This document shows, one piece after another, positions 9,836 through 18,260 of a DNA stretch of 56,465 nt (its first letter is position 1; the number at the start of each line of letters is the position of its first letter). The notes below the pieces were generated by a model. It saw only the letters and a list, made by a program, of their open reading frames with translations. It ran no database searches and was not told the origin of the DNA. Location of the stretch: the IMG/VR virus record IMGVR_UViG_3300032093_012241, positions 1 through 56,465 of that record. One strand, 5' to 3'. Made by a program: the position numbers and the translations under genes. The stretch is from a virus. Lineage: Duplodnaviria > Caudoviricetes.

Positions 9836-10220
9836 CGTTTAAAGTCATTTTTTTTTCGGTTAATTCAAAACTAAGATTTTTTAAATTTTCTAAATTTTGT
9901 TTATCAAAAATTTGCTTCAACTCAACAACTTTACTTTCAAAAAGTTTTTCTTTCTCTTCTCTTTCTTTATTATACTTGATAACACCATTTAGGTTAATTA
10001 ATAAATCCTCAACACTTTTTTCATCAAAAACTGAAACAAAAGAAAAGGACCTATAATCTTTAATATTTGATTCATTTTCTATCACAGAATTCTCGGGTAC
10101 ATATTTTTTAGGTAACTTCCATGTTGTTGGAAAAGTTACGTCTATAGATAAATAGTTTTTAAGTTTTCTAACGCTTAATAAATAAGGATTAATTACTGAT
10201 AATTCTTGGAAAAAGGTCAT
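9816..10220 (-). CDS. Hypothetical protein
   Basis: 134 aa; ATGA overlap with the upstream gene. Confidence 0.7.
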   Translation of the reverse strand: MTFFQELSVINPYLLSVRKLKNYLSIDVTFPTTWKLPKKYVPENSVIENESNIKDYRSFSFVSVFDEKSVEDLLINLNGVIKYNKEREEKEKLFESKVVELKQIFDKQNLENLKNLSFELTEKKMTLNDELTEP

Positions 10221-10411
10221 CTTATATGTTGTATTATGTATGTTATTATGTAGGTTATAGCCAATCCTTGAAGGATAAGTGGGGTGCCGCTCTTATAAAT
10301 CGGTTGTGGATTCTTCTGCGACACCGCACTTATAATTTTAACTATTGTTGTTAAAATAGTCAAAATAGAAAATATGAATATAAATAAAAATATACTATCT
10401 ATATTATTCAT
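10217..10411 (-). CDS. Small two-TM membrane protein
   Basis: Two hydrophobic segments; likely start MNNIDS at 10411. Confidence 0.6.
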   Translation of the reverse strand: MNNIDSIFLFIFIFSILTILTTIVKIISAVSQKNPQPIYKSGTPLILQGLAITYIITYIIQHIR

Positions 10412-10586
10412 TTTCGTTCTTTTTTCTTTCTTCAAGAATTTCTTTTCTCAAGCCTTGTAAAAGTTCTTTCAATTCTTGAGCGGTTCCGCGAGCACGTGTT
10501 CCTGCGCTTTTGTTTCCTTTGTAGAATTTACCGGCGTCAATTGATAATTGCTCGGTGAGTTCTTTGATTTTTTCGATTGTTTCCAT
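10404..10586 (-). CDS. Histone H1-like (Hc1 family) nucleoid protein
   Basis: DAGKFYKGNKSAGTRARGTAQELK matches the Hc1-type KGNKAAGxRAR motif; likely start METIE at 10586. Confidence 0.8.
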   Translation of the reverse strand: METIEKIKELTEQLSIDAGKFYKGNKSAGTRARGTAQELKELLQGLRKEILEERKKNENE

Positions 10587-10655
10587 ATTCAATTAGAATT
10601 CAATAGTTTATTTGTTTTCTAAAAAATAGTATTTATGGTTAGTTAGTAAAGGTTT

Positions 10656-11123
10656 TTATCGTTTTAAATTCTTATCTAATGACTTATATAAGTCAGTTAG
10701 CATATCCAAATCAGATTTTGTAAATGGTTTTTTCAAATCAAAAATGTCTTCAAAAAAACTTTTGATTTGGTTTTTAATTTTAACGTCTTTTTGTTTATAG
10801 AAAACCTCATCAAAAAATGATTTAAAATGATCAAAGTGTTCTCCTTTATAAAAAAATTTAAGGTTTTCCTTTGCAAAGTTATCAATTGTTTTTTTCCAAC
10901 ACCATTCAAAATGTTTGGTATTATCCTCCTCTGACATTATTATTTGGTTTTCGTTGTTATCATTTTCAACCCCCAAATATGTGTCTAAAATCAATTGATG
11001 TAATGAATTTGCAAAATCATAATATAACTCTACCTTCTCAGGTATGATATTATTCATATCTAACCATACTTGTACATCGTCGGGATGTACTGGTTTTGAT
11101 ATATAGTTAAAAATATTCTCCAT
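10656..11123 (-). CDS. Hypothetical protein
   Basis: 155 aa ORF. Confidence 0.75.
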   Translation of the reverse strand: MENIFNYISKPVHPDDVQVWLDMNNIIPEKVELYYDFANSLHQLILDTYLGVENDNNENQIIMSEEDNTKHFEWCWKKTIDNFAKENLKFFYKGEHFDHFKSFFDEVFYKQKDVKIKNQIKSFFEDIFDLKKPFTKSDLDMLTDLYKSLDKNLKR

Positions 11124-11160
11124 AAGAATTTACCTATGGAGAATATAATTACACTCCATA
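11113..11160 (-). promoter_or_regulatory. Start-codon-sequestering hairpin with an alternative pairing arm
   Basis: Perfect 12-bp inverted repeat ATATTCTCCATA (11113-11124) / TATGGAGAATAT (11135-11146); a further CTCCATA copy at 11154-11160. Confidence 0.6.
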
Positions 11161-11170
11161 ATATTTTATA

Positions 11171-12427
11171 TTATTGCGTCTTTTTATTATACCCTAATAA
11201 ATGATTCATTTTTTCAATTTCTTCATTTATAAGTTTTTCTTTTTTGTTTTCTGTTGATTCTAAAGCTTGGAATATTCTCGCAACATCTTTTTCTTCTTCG
11301 CTATCTTGTTTATAATCATAAACAGGTTGAGCTTGTCTATTGTAACCTTCTTTTTTCTTTAAAACAGATAACAAATTTCTTTTTCTGACTTTGTTTCTTC
11401 TTTTATTCACATCAGTTTCAACAGCATTTGCCCATTTAGGATTATTACCAGCTTTAGAGGATCCTTCCATATATTCATCCATTTTGGCTTCATTTGGATG
11501 TATTTCATCGTATGCTATGTTTTCTAACCCAGCTCCTGCGAAATTTTCTATATATTCATCAACTTCTTTTGTTGCTTTATAAGTTTTTTTATCCATTTTA
11601 GCCAATTCACCATTACCTTTTGGAAAAATTTTAGGTTCAAAATCAAAATCTCCTTTTGACCCATCTTTCAAATAATCTTTCATTTTTTTGGTAACAGATT
11701 TAATATAATCTTCGTTTTCTTTTTTTGATTTATCAAGATTTCTTCTTGTTGTACTTACACCAGGAGGATTAGATTGTTTTCTAATATTCTCTTTTTGTTC
11801 TTTAACAATCTTCTCAATCAAATCAATCATTTCGTTTTCAGTTAATTTAACTGATTCTTTTTTAGTTTTACCTCCATTTAACTTAACACCTCTACCAAGT
11901 AAAACATCTTTACGTGTTACTTTTCCATCACCACTTAGATCAGGAAATTTTTTACCTTCTTTAGTTTCAGATTTATGTTTTCTTAAAAGTTTGAAATCTT
12001 CTGAATCAATTTTGTTATTTTTATTTTTATCTAATTTTTTTTGGCCACCAAATAACTTTTCAGTAATTTCTGAACCTGCGTATTTTTGATGACTATCGCA
12101 AGCTTCCCTACTAAATTCTGGACTTTCTTCATCACAAACCTTTTTAAGTTTTTCAGCCTCGTCAAAATTAGCTTCATATATTGATTCCATTTTATAACCG
12201 CACTCAGAACATTCACCTTCCATCATTACACCTTCTCTGCATTGTTCGCATGTTTCACCTTCTTCAAATTCTTCTTCATCAAGGTTAATTTCATCAAAAC
12301 CTTCAAACTCATCTTCTTCAGTAACATCTGACTTGAGTTTATTGATAATTTCATCTGCCTTTTCATCTAATGATTCACGAAGAACTTTATTTACAACAGA
12401 ATCGATATAATTTTTAATTGTTTTCAT
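11171..12427 (-). CDS. Modular putative head-associated protein (Zn knuckle, EF-hand-like loops)
   Basis: CEQC..CSEC; DKNKNNKIDSED and DLSGDGKVTRKD loops; leader-like helices ending in E. Confidence 0.7.
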   Translation of the reverse strand: MKTIKNYIDSVVNKVLRESLDEKADEIINKLKSDVTEEDEFEGFDEINLDEEEFEEGETCEQCREGVMMEGECSECGYKMESIYEANFDEAEKLKKVCDEESPEFSREACDSHQKYAGSEITEKLFGGQKKLDKNKNNKIDSEDFKLLRKHKSETKEGKKFPDLSGDGKVTRKDVLLGRGVKLNGGKTKKESVKLTENEMIDLIEKIVKEQKENIRKQSNPPGVSTTRRNLDKSKKENEDYIKSVTKKMKDYLKDGSKGDFDFEPKIFPKGNGELAKMDKKTYKATKEVDEYIENFAGAGLENIAYDEIHPNEAKMDEYMEGSSKAGNNPKWANAVETDVNKRRNKVRKRNLLSVLKKKEGYNRQAQPVYDYKQDSEEEKDVARIFQALESTENKKEKLINEEIEKMNHLLGYNKKTQ

Positions 12428-12442
12428 ATTTTACGTTTTTGT

Positions 12443-12449
12443 ATAAATA
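12443..12449 (-). promoter_or_regulatory. TATTTAT box
   Basis: 15 nt upstream of the ATG at 12427. Confidence 0.6.
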
Positions 12450-12452
12450 TCT

Positions 12453-13541
12453 TTATTTTTTATAATTTCTAAATATATGTAGATTATCTCTTAATATATT
12501 TTTAATTACACTCTCACTAATATTGTGTTTTTTTGACACATTTTTTATCACTTCTTTAATTCTTTCGTTTTCAAAAATCTTTAACGCTTTGATATCACCT
12601 TGATTACAATATGGATATTTTTGACATTTGCGTTTTACTTCAACAAATTTTCCTCCAGGTATTTGTGTTTTTTTGGCACCTCTCCAGTTTTTTTTGGTTG
12701 AAGATTTTGCCCATACCATTGGGGTAACATAAGAACCTGATGATGAGGATCCTGTAGCCTCTTTTGTTTCGGTTTTTTTGACCTTACCTTGACAATGTGC
12801 TTTTTGACTAAATCCTTTTGGGTTATCACAATCAATACTTTTTTTGTATTTTTCACTCCAATTTTCTCCCATATCCATTTTTTTTTCATTTTTGTTTCGT
12901 GAATTTCCAAAAGACTCTATCCAATTTTGAGAATTTTTATCCTTGTCAGTTGTTTTTATGTATTTGATAACATCTTTATCAACTTCGTCTTTACTTAGTT
13001 TATCTAAAACAATTCTTTTAAAGATGTCCTTTCTCATAATTTTAAAATCATCAATATTTTTTTTAACAAGCCAATAAGGTATTTCAATGAATTTAAAATT
13101 TTCAAATCCTGTGTCTTGATCCAAAATATTTATTTGAGATTTTGGTAATTTTATGCGACGTATTTTAATCAGATAAGGCTCCGCTTCATCACCAAAGGTT
13201 GATTTTCTTGGATATATTTCTTGTATATTCAAAATTTCAATAAATTTATCTGATGAATCATCAACTATATAATAAGCAGCAATAAATTTTTTACTTTCAG
13301 ATTCATATGAAGATTTGAAAAAATCCAAATCATTTGAATTTTCATTTTCTTCTTTCATATCTCCGAATAATGGAGCTGAGAATGATCCGGCTGATGATGC
13401 GCCTGTGGCTTCTTTTGTTTCAGATTCAGGAATATTATTCATAGTATCTCGAACAACTTTACTTGATGATGAATCAGTAATTTTTGATGCTAATTGTTGG
13501 AAAACACCATCTCTAATCTTATCCGCCATTGTATTTTCCAT
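12453..13541 (-). CDS. Modular putative head-associated protein
   Basis: Duplicated ETKEATG(A/S)SS(A/S)GS motif; WSEKYKKSIDCDNPKGFSQKAHC module. Confidence 0.7.
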   Translation of the reverse strand: MENTMADKIRDGVFQQLASKITDSSSSKVVRDTMNNIPESETKEATGASSAGSFSAPLFGDMKEENENSNDLDFFKSSYESESKKFIAAYYIVDDSSDKFIEILNIQEIYPRKSTFGDEAEPYLIKIRRIKLPKSQINILDQDTGFENFKFIEIPYWLVKKNIDDFKIMRKDIFKRIVLDKLSKDEVDKDVIKYIKTTDKDKNSQNWIESFGNSRNKNEKKMDMGENWSEKYKKSIDCDNPKGFSQKAHCQGKVKKTETKEATGSSSSGSYVTPMVWAKSSTKKNWRGAKKTQIPGGKFVEVKRKCQKYPYCNQGDIKALKIFENERIKEVIKNVSKKHNISESVIKNILRDNLHIFRNYKK

Positions 13542-13544
13542 AAA

Positions 13545-13790
13545 TTAAGCCCTCCTTATTCTTCCTTCCCAAGTACCTCTTTGTGTCCATAAAAATTGAT
13601 AAAACTCAGACATACTTTTAACTATTAAATCTTTTATTTCAGTTTCCAACTTACCACGTTTGATTTCTTTTCCTATCTCATCAATTAATTTATTTTCAAA
13701 TTGTCTGGCAGTTTGAGAACCAAGAAATTCTTTAATTTCTTTTCTTATGATGGTTTCAATTTCTTTTTTTTGTGAGGATGAAAGTGACAT
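13545..13790 (-). CDS. Hypothetical helical protein
   Basis: 81 aa ORF within the operon. Confidence 0.7.
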   Translation of the reverse strand: MSLSSSQKKEIETIIRKEIKEFLGSQTARQFENKLIDEIGKEIKRGKLETEIKDLIVKSMSEFYQFLWTQRGTWEGRIRRA

Positions 13791-13791
13791 T

Positions 13792-14427
13792 TTATTTTTT
13801 AAATTTTATTTTCCAATAAACAGAACCCATTAAAGTTGGTTGTCTATTAGAGTTTATTCCAAGTCCTAAACCATACAATTTATCGTTTTTATCATTGTAA
13901 AGTAAGTTAATACCCCCATAATTAACTATATCAGTTCTGTCAAATCCTCCTTGTAATCCAATAAAGAATTTTCTTTTTGGTGGTTCCTTCAAAAAAAGAG
14001 TATCATTTATAATTCTTTCGGTTATAGATGATTCGAACATTCTTGCGTATATTTTGTTTTCAGTAATCGTGTCTTTTATTATAACAAAAGAACTTTGACC
14101 CAAATCGAGAGTATCGATATAAAATCTTTTGGAAAAATAATCTTTTAAAATTAAGATTGTATCCGCTTCTTGTGGAATATAAACAGGTACTTTAACCTCA
14201 ACTTTAATATCTTTCCCCTTTCTATATACAATTGAATCTCTTGTTATGTAAGTGGTATCTTTCTTATGATCGACCAACTCATATTTTTTTCCTTTAACTT
14301 TAATAATATCTCCTTTATTGATATCAGTTTTTCCGTCACCACAAAACCTTAATAACAGAATTACAATAATAAGCCCTATTATTAATATAGTTTTAAAATC
14401 AATTTTTTGTTTTTGATTATTTTTCAT
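13792..14427 (-). CDS. Membrane-anchored spanin-like protein
   Basis: N-terminal TM ending LLRFCG, repeated D-S/T motifs, C-terminal amphipathic beta strands; close to the amidase. Confidence 0.5.
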   Translation of the reverse strand: MKNNQKQKIDFKTILIIGLIIVILLLRFCGDGKTDINKGDIIKVKGKKYELVDHKKDTTYITRDSIVYRKGKDIKVEVKVPVYIPQEADTILILKDYFSKRFYIDTLDLGQSSFVIIKDTITENKIYARMFESSITERIINDTLFLKEPPKRKFFIGLQGGFDRTDIVNYGGINLLYNDKNDKLYGLGLGINSNRQPTLMGSVYWKIKFKK

Positions 14428-15037
14428 TTGTTGGTTCAGTTCTTTTTCTTTGAGCTACAACTTTTGCCCATTTTGATTTAAATTTTTCGTAATACTGTCT
14501 TAATTTTTCAATTACACTGTCAAACTCTTGATCTACTTTAACCATTTGACTATTGATATATATCCCGTTTGTTTCACCGATTCTGAACATAAAATCCATG
14601 TCAAACTCAATTAATTTACCTGACCATTCTACGCTATCGGCATATACGTTTAATGGTTTAAAATCTACCATATCTGATACTTCTTGAACGAATTCATCCA
14701 TAGTATCTTGAAATGATTGTTTGTCTAATGTTGTTATTTGCAGTTCCTTTTGGTTTTTTCCGTGCATTGTTAAAATTCCACCTGAAATTCTATAGGACTG
14801 CTGCTTATTATCTTTTGACTCGGTATCAAAATCTATTTCGGTTTCAACAGAAGACGGAACATTTACTCTGTCAATGTTATCGTCACCAGTTGATTCTTCT
14901 TTGAATTTAACATCTTCAGTGATAATACCATATCTTTTTTTAATTTTTTTGATATCTTCCATCAAATTTTTATCATTTTGAGATATCAAGTTTCTTGATA
15001 CTTTAAGAAGATTTTTTATTTCGTCATGTTTGTTCAT
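14417..15037 (-). CDS. Hypothetical protein with leader ending in IITE
   Basis: 206 aa ORF coupled to both neighbours. Confidence 0.7.
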   Translation of the reverse strand: MNKHDEIKNLLKVSRNLISQNDKNLMEDIKKIKKRYGIITEDVKFKEESTGDDNIDRVNVPSSVETEIDFDTESKDNKQQSYRISGGILTMHGKNQKELQITTLDKQSFQDTMDEFVQEVSDMVDFKPLNVYADSVEWSGKLIEFDMDFMFRIGETNGIYINSQMVKVDQEFDSVIEKLRQYYEKFKSKWAKVVAQRKRTEPTNEK

Positions 15038-15626
15038 AATTTAAAAGTTTGTTAAATTTTTCAAAATCAAAAGCAGGGCTTACATCAGTAAATATCACAT
15101 CATAGTTACTTTTTGTGACAATTCCCTCAAATTTTTCAATTCCGTTAATTTTTGTATTATGACCTATTGTTTTTTTGGTTATACCGTGTAGGTCGCATAG
15201 TTTGTCACATAAATACTTCAACCTTTCATACTGTATTTCAGTATAAGGTTGCCAAAAGAAATAATCTCTCCATTTTTTATCTACAACGGATCCTTTGTGT
15301 ATTGAACCTATCCAATTTTTATAAAAATCTTTAAGAGGTTCTTTTTCTAACCAACCTAAATTTTCTAAGGAGATAACAATCGCATTTCTGTTTATATTCT
15401 CCTCTTTGAAGAATTTAGAGTGCCCGATATCAGGAAGTAATCTTAGTATCGTACCTTCCCTTGATATTACATAATTTGGTATTCTATCAAATTTACCGTT
15501 TAATCTATATTTCAAGGAAGATAAGTATTCTCCTATCTCCCTTGATGTATGACAAAGTATTATTTGTTTTTTCTTTTTTTGTTTTCCGGTAGTTTTGAAA
15601 TCTCCATACTCAATAATCTCAGACAT
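15024..15626 (-). CDS. N-acetylmuramoyl-L-alanine amidase (Amidase_2-like endolysin)
   Basis: IILCHTS, NYVISREGTI, IVISLEN, YTEIQY, IGHN, SPAFDF pattern. Confidence 0.75.
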   Translation of the reverse strand: MSEIIEYGDFKTTGKQKKKKQIILCHTSREIGEYLSSLKYRLNGKFDRIPNYVISREGTILRLLPDIGHSKFFKEENINRNAIVISLENLGWLEKEPLKDFYKNWIGSIHKGSVVDKKWRDYFFWQPYTEIQYERLKYLCDKLCDLHGITKKTIGHNTKINGIEKFEGIVTKSNYDVIFTDVSPAFDFEKFNKLLNYEQT

Positions 15627-16602
15627 TATTTTTAGTGTAAGTTAGTCGTTTTATGCCGGAGTCCTCGGCTAACTTATCTTTAAGTTCTTCTACTGTTTGA
15701 TCCTCTACAACTATTTCTTCTTCTTGTTCAACAGCGTTTTCTTTTTCATCTTCAGCCGCTTGTACTATTTCAGGTTCCTCAATTACTTCAACTTCTTGCT
15801 CAATTTCAGGTTCCTCAATTACTTCAACTTCTTCAATAATTTCTGGTTCTTTAACCTCTTCAATTACTATTTCAGGTTCCTCAATTATTTCAACTTCTTG
15901 TGCAATTTCAGGTTCCTCAATTTTTGGTTTTTCTTCAACTACAATTTGTTCAGGTTCAGATATTGGCGTTTGAATTGATTTTGGAAATTTTATATCTTGT
16001 AACCTATTCAAATAGCTTTCAAGTTCATTTAGTTTTTCTTGCGATATATTTACAGTTTCTTCTTTTAATGTTTCTTTTTCAATTAAACCAGCTTTTTTTG
16101 ATATTTCATCAATATTAATCACCGGAGTTAAAGTTTTATTTTGATTAGAATACACGACAAGCATGTGTGCAAACGTCAATGATATTATGGGTAACAGCCC
16201 ACCGCTGAAAAGAGCCAATATCAACTTATGGGTTGATATGTCAGTTGATTCAATACCCATAGGTTCAAAAAGAGGTGAAGCCATTTCCATCCATAATTTG
16301 AATAGATCTGACGTTTCATTAATATATGAGAATGAGAAAAACAAATTTCCAACAAACTGAATGAACGTTACAAGAATAAAAGGAAAATAAATAAATCTGC
16401 CAAGTTTTACAGAAACTCCGGCAAGAGCCGATATAGCCGCAATCTCAACTGCCACGGACAAATAAACCGCCCAAACCATAGGATTTGATATTTCATAAAA
16501 TGATGTTACATGTGATATTGAAACAAACGCAACTAGCAATATAGGAATAACAAAAGCAGTTACAATTATACTTTTTAGATTTCTTTGGATCCAATTTTTC
16601 AT
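15619..16602 (-). CDS. Four-TM membrane protein with acidic repeat tail (holin candidate)
   Basis: Four hydrophobic segments followed by EEPEI repeats; directly upstream of the amidase. Confidence 0.6.
   Translation of the reverse strand: MKNWIQRNLKSIIVTAFVIPILLVAFVSISHVTSFYEISNPMVWAVYLSVAVEIAAISALAGVSVKLGRFIYFPFILVTFIQFVGNLFFSFSYINETSDLFKLWMEMASPLFEPMGIESTDISTHKLILALFSGGLLPIISLTFAHMLVVYSNQNKTLTPVINIDEISKKAGLIEKETLKEETVNISQEKLNELESYLNRLQDIKFPKSIQTPISEPEQIVVEEKPKIEEPEIAQEVEIIEEPEIVIEEVKEPEIIEEVEVIEEPEIEQEVEVIEEPEIVQAAEDEKENAVEQEEEIVVEDQTVEELKDKLAEDSGIKRLTYTKNNV
15769..15922 (-). repeat. Degenerate coding tandem repeat, about 33-36 bp unit
   Basis: TTCAGGTTCCTCAATTA(C/T)TTCAACTTCTT recurs; encodes EVEVIEEPEI. 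Confidence 0.85.
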
Positions 16603-16874
16603 TTATCCATATTTTTATAATAGTTTACTGGAACTTTGTTTTTATCGGATAATTCCTCAATTTCCAAAGTTTTCCAATTTGGAGTTTCTTTAATTATTTT
16701 CACCATATCATTTGATTTAATGGTTGCAGAATCAATTTTATTGATTTTGTTATTAACAGTTTCAATTTCCTTTGAAAGGCCCTTTAAATCGGATGCGGTG
16801 CCGCATGACCTCAAGAAGGTGAAAAATGACAATACAAGAATTGCCAATGTGAAATATTTTTGATATTTTTCCAT
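16599..16874 (-). CDS. Small lipoprotein-like coiled-coil protein
   Basis: Hydrophobic N-terminus ending FLRSCG, then a coiled coil. Confidence 0.6.
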   Translation of the reverse strand: MEKYQKYFTLAILVLSFFTFLRSCGTASDLKGLSKEIETVNNKINKIDSATIKSNDMVKIIKETPNWKTLEIEELSDKNKVPVNYYKNMDK

Positions 16875-16883
16875 AGTTTTTAT

Positions 16884-16890
16884 ATAAATA
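16884..16890 (-). promoter_or_regulatory. TATTTAT box
   Basis: 9 nt upstream of the ATG at 16874, at the head of the lysis-like operon. Confidence 0.6.
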
Positions 16891-16902
16891 TTTTAAAATT
16901 TA

Positions 16903-17703
16903 TTAAATGTAGTCAAAAAGTTCAGAACTTTCGTTTCTCAATTTACGAAGCGCTTTTTCTTTTATCTGCCTTACCCTCTCTTTTGTAAGACTAAAGTCCT
17001 CACCGATATCCTCCAATGTTCTTGGTGTTCCCGAAAGACCAAAATAATCTTCAATAATCATTCGTTCCCTTTGATCCAAAACATTTAATGTTTCCATTAA
17101 TTTTTGTTTAAGGGTATCTTTGGTGTTGAAATATTCGTCAGGCATTGAAACATTATCGTTTGATATTACATCAATTAATGTGTCTCCATCTTCGTTAATT
17201 TCATCATTTAGATTAACCATAGAAGGTAAATTTGTGAATTTTTCAGGTAATTGTTTTCCTGAGGTTTCAATCTCCTTTTTTGCTCTATGAAGATCTTGAA
17301 CAACATTGACCGGAAGTCGTATCGTTCTTGCATTTTCATTTAATGATTGCAATATACATTGTCTTACCCACCACACGGCATAAGAAATAAAACGAAGGTT
17401 TTTTGACCAATCAAAATTATCAATTGCTTTGATTAGTCCCATATTTCCTTCAGCGATTAGATCAGGGAAATCCAATCCTTGATTTTGATATTGTTTTGCC
17501 ACGGTAATTACAAACCTTAAATTACCTTCGACAAGTTCTTTATTAATTTTTTTCCTTTCATCTGCAGATAAACTACCTGATGAAATTAACTTTGCCAATT
17601 CTTTTTCCCGGTCGGGGGTCATAACCTTAATTTTTCTCAAATCTTTAAGATAAGATTGAATTTCCTCTTGGTTGATCGGTTGTGATGTGTTTTTCTCCTT
17701 CAT
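16903..17703 (-). CDS. RNA polymerase sigma70 factor (RpoD/RpoS-like, no region 1.1)
   Basis: NLRFVITVAKQY, DLIAEGNMGL, RFISYAVWWVRQ, RTIRLP, LTKERVRQIKEKALRKLR. Confidence 0.95.
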   Translation of the reverse strand: MKEKNTSQPINQEEIQSYLKDLRKIKVMTPDREKELAKLISSGSLSADERKKINKELVEGNLRFVITVAKQYQNQGLDFPDLIAEGNMGLIKAIDNFDWSKNLRFISYAVWWVRQCILQSLNENARTIRLPVNVVQDLHRAKKEIETSGKQLPEKFTNLPSMVNLNDEINEDGDTLIDVISNDNVSMPDEYFNTKDTLKQKLMETLNVLDQRERMIIEDYFGLSGTPRTLEDIGEDFSLTKERVRQIKEKALRKLRNESSELFDYI

Positions 17704-17706
17704 ATG

Positions 17707-18204
17707 TTAGTTTGAGTATTTTTTCAAAATTGATTTTTCTTGTTCGCTCAATGAACTTACACCTTTTTCGTTTATTTTATCCAAAATATCGTCCAAAGAT
17801 AGATCTTTTATTTGGTTTTCACCATTTATTTTTTGTTTTTTCAGATCTTGTTTTGGGGATAGTTGGCTTATGATTGCTTCATCCTCTATATCATAATTAT
17901 CATCATTTTGATTTTCAGACATACCAAATATGTATTTGTGCAAATCCATAGGTAATGAAGTATAAACATTTTCTGTGAATGGGACAAGTAAATAAAGTGA
18001 TGTGACATCAATAAAAAGGTCATTTATAAATAAATCAACATCATCTTGTTCATCTGAACATTGAAATTTGATTATCAGTAGTTGATCACCGTAACTATAT
18101 TTGACATCTTCTTTTTCAGATATTATTGATACTGACTCTGCTAAATTTCTAACAAGATTTGATTTTCCTGTAAATTTTCCAAATGCGACCAAAAGATATT
18201 TCAT
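17707..18204 (-). CDS. Hypothetical protein with C-terminal DUF6576-like motif
   Basis: LDDILDKINEKGVSSLSEQEKSIL. Confidence 0.65.
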   Translation of the reverse strand: MKYLLVAFGKFTGKSNLVRNLAESVSIISEKEDVKYSYGDQLLIIKFQCSDEQDDVDLFINDLFIDVTSLYLLVPFTENVYTSLPMDLHKYIFGMSENQNDDNYDIEDEAIISQLSPKQDLKKQKINGENQIKDLSLDDILDKINEKGVSSLSEQEKSILKKYSN

Positions 18205-18221
18205 AGTGTTTGATTATTTTA

Positions 18222-18240
18222 CAAAGGTAAGGATATTTAT
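18222..18240. promoter_or_regulatory. Back-to-back promoters: TACCTTTG (minus) and TATTTAT (plus)
   Basis: CAAAGGTA at 18222-18229; TATTTAT at 18234-18240. Confidence 0.6.
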
Positions 18241-18260
18241 TGGATAAACACAAATATTTT

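Noticed and set aside
10630-10636. Plus-strand TATTTAT
   Set aside because: No plus-strand gene follows; probably chance, though an antisense transcript cannot be excluded
15769-15922. Roughly 36-bp repeats as a possible CRISPR array
   Set aside because: In-frame coding repeats with no unique spacers and no cas operon
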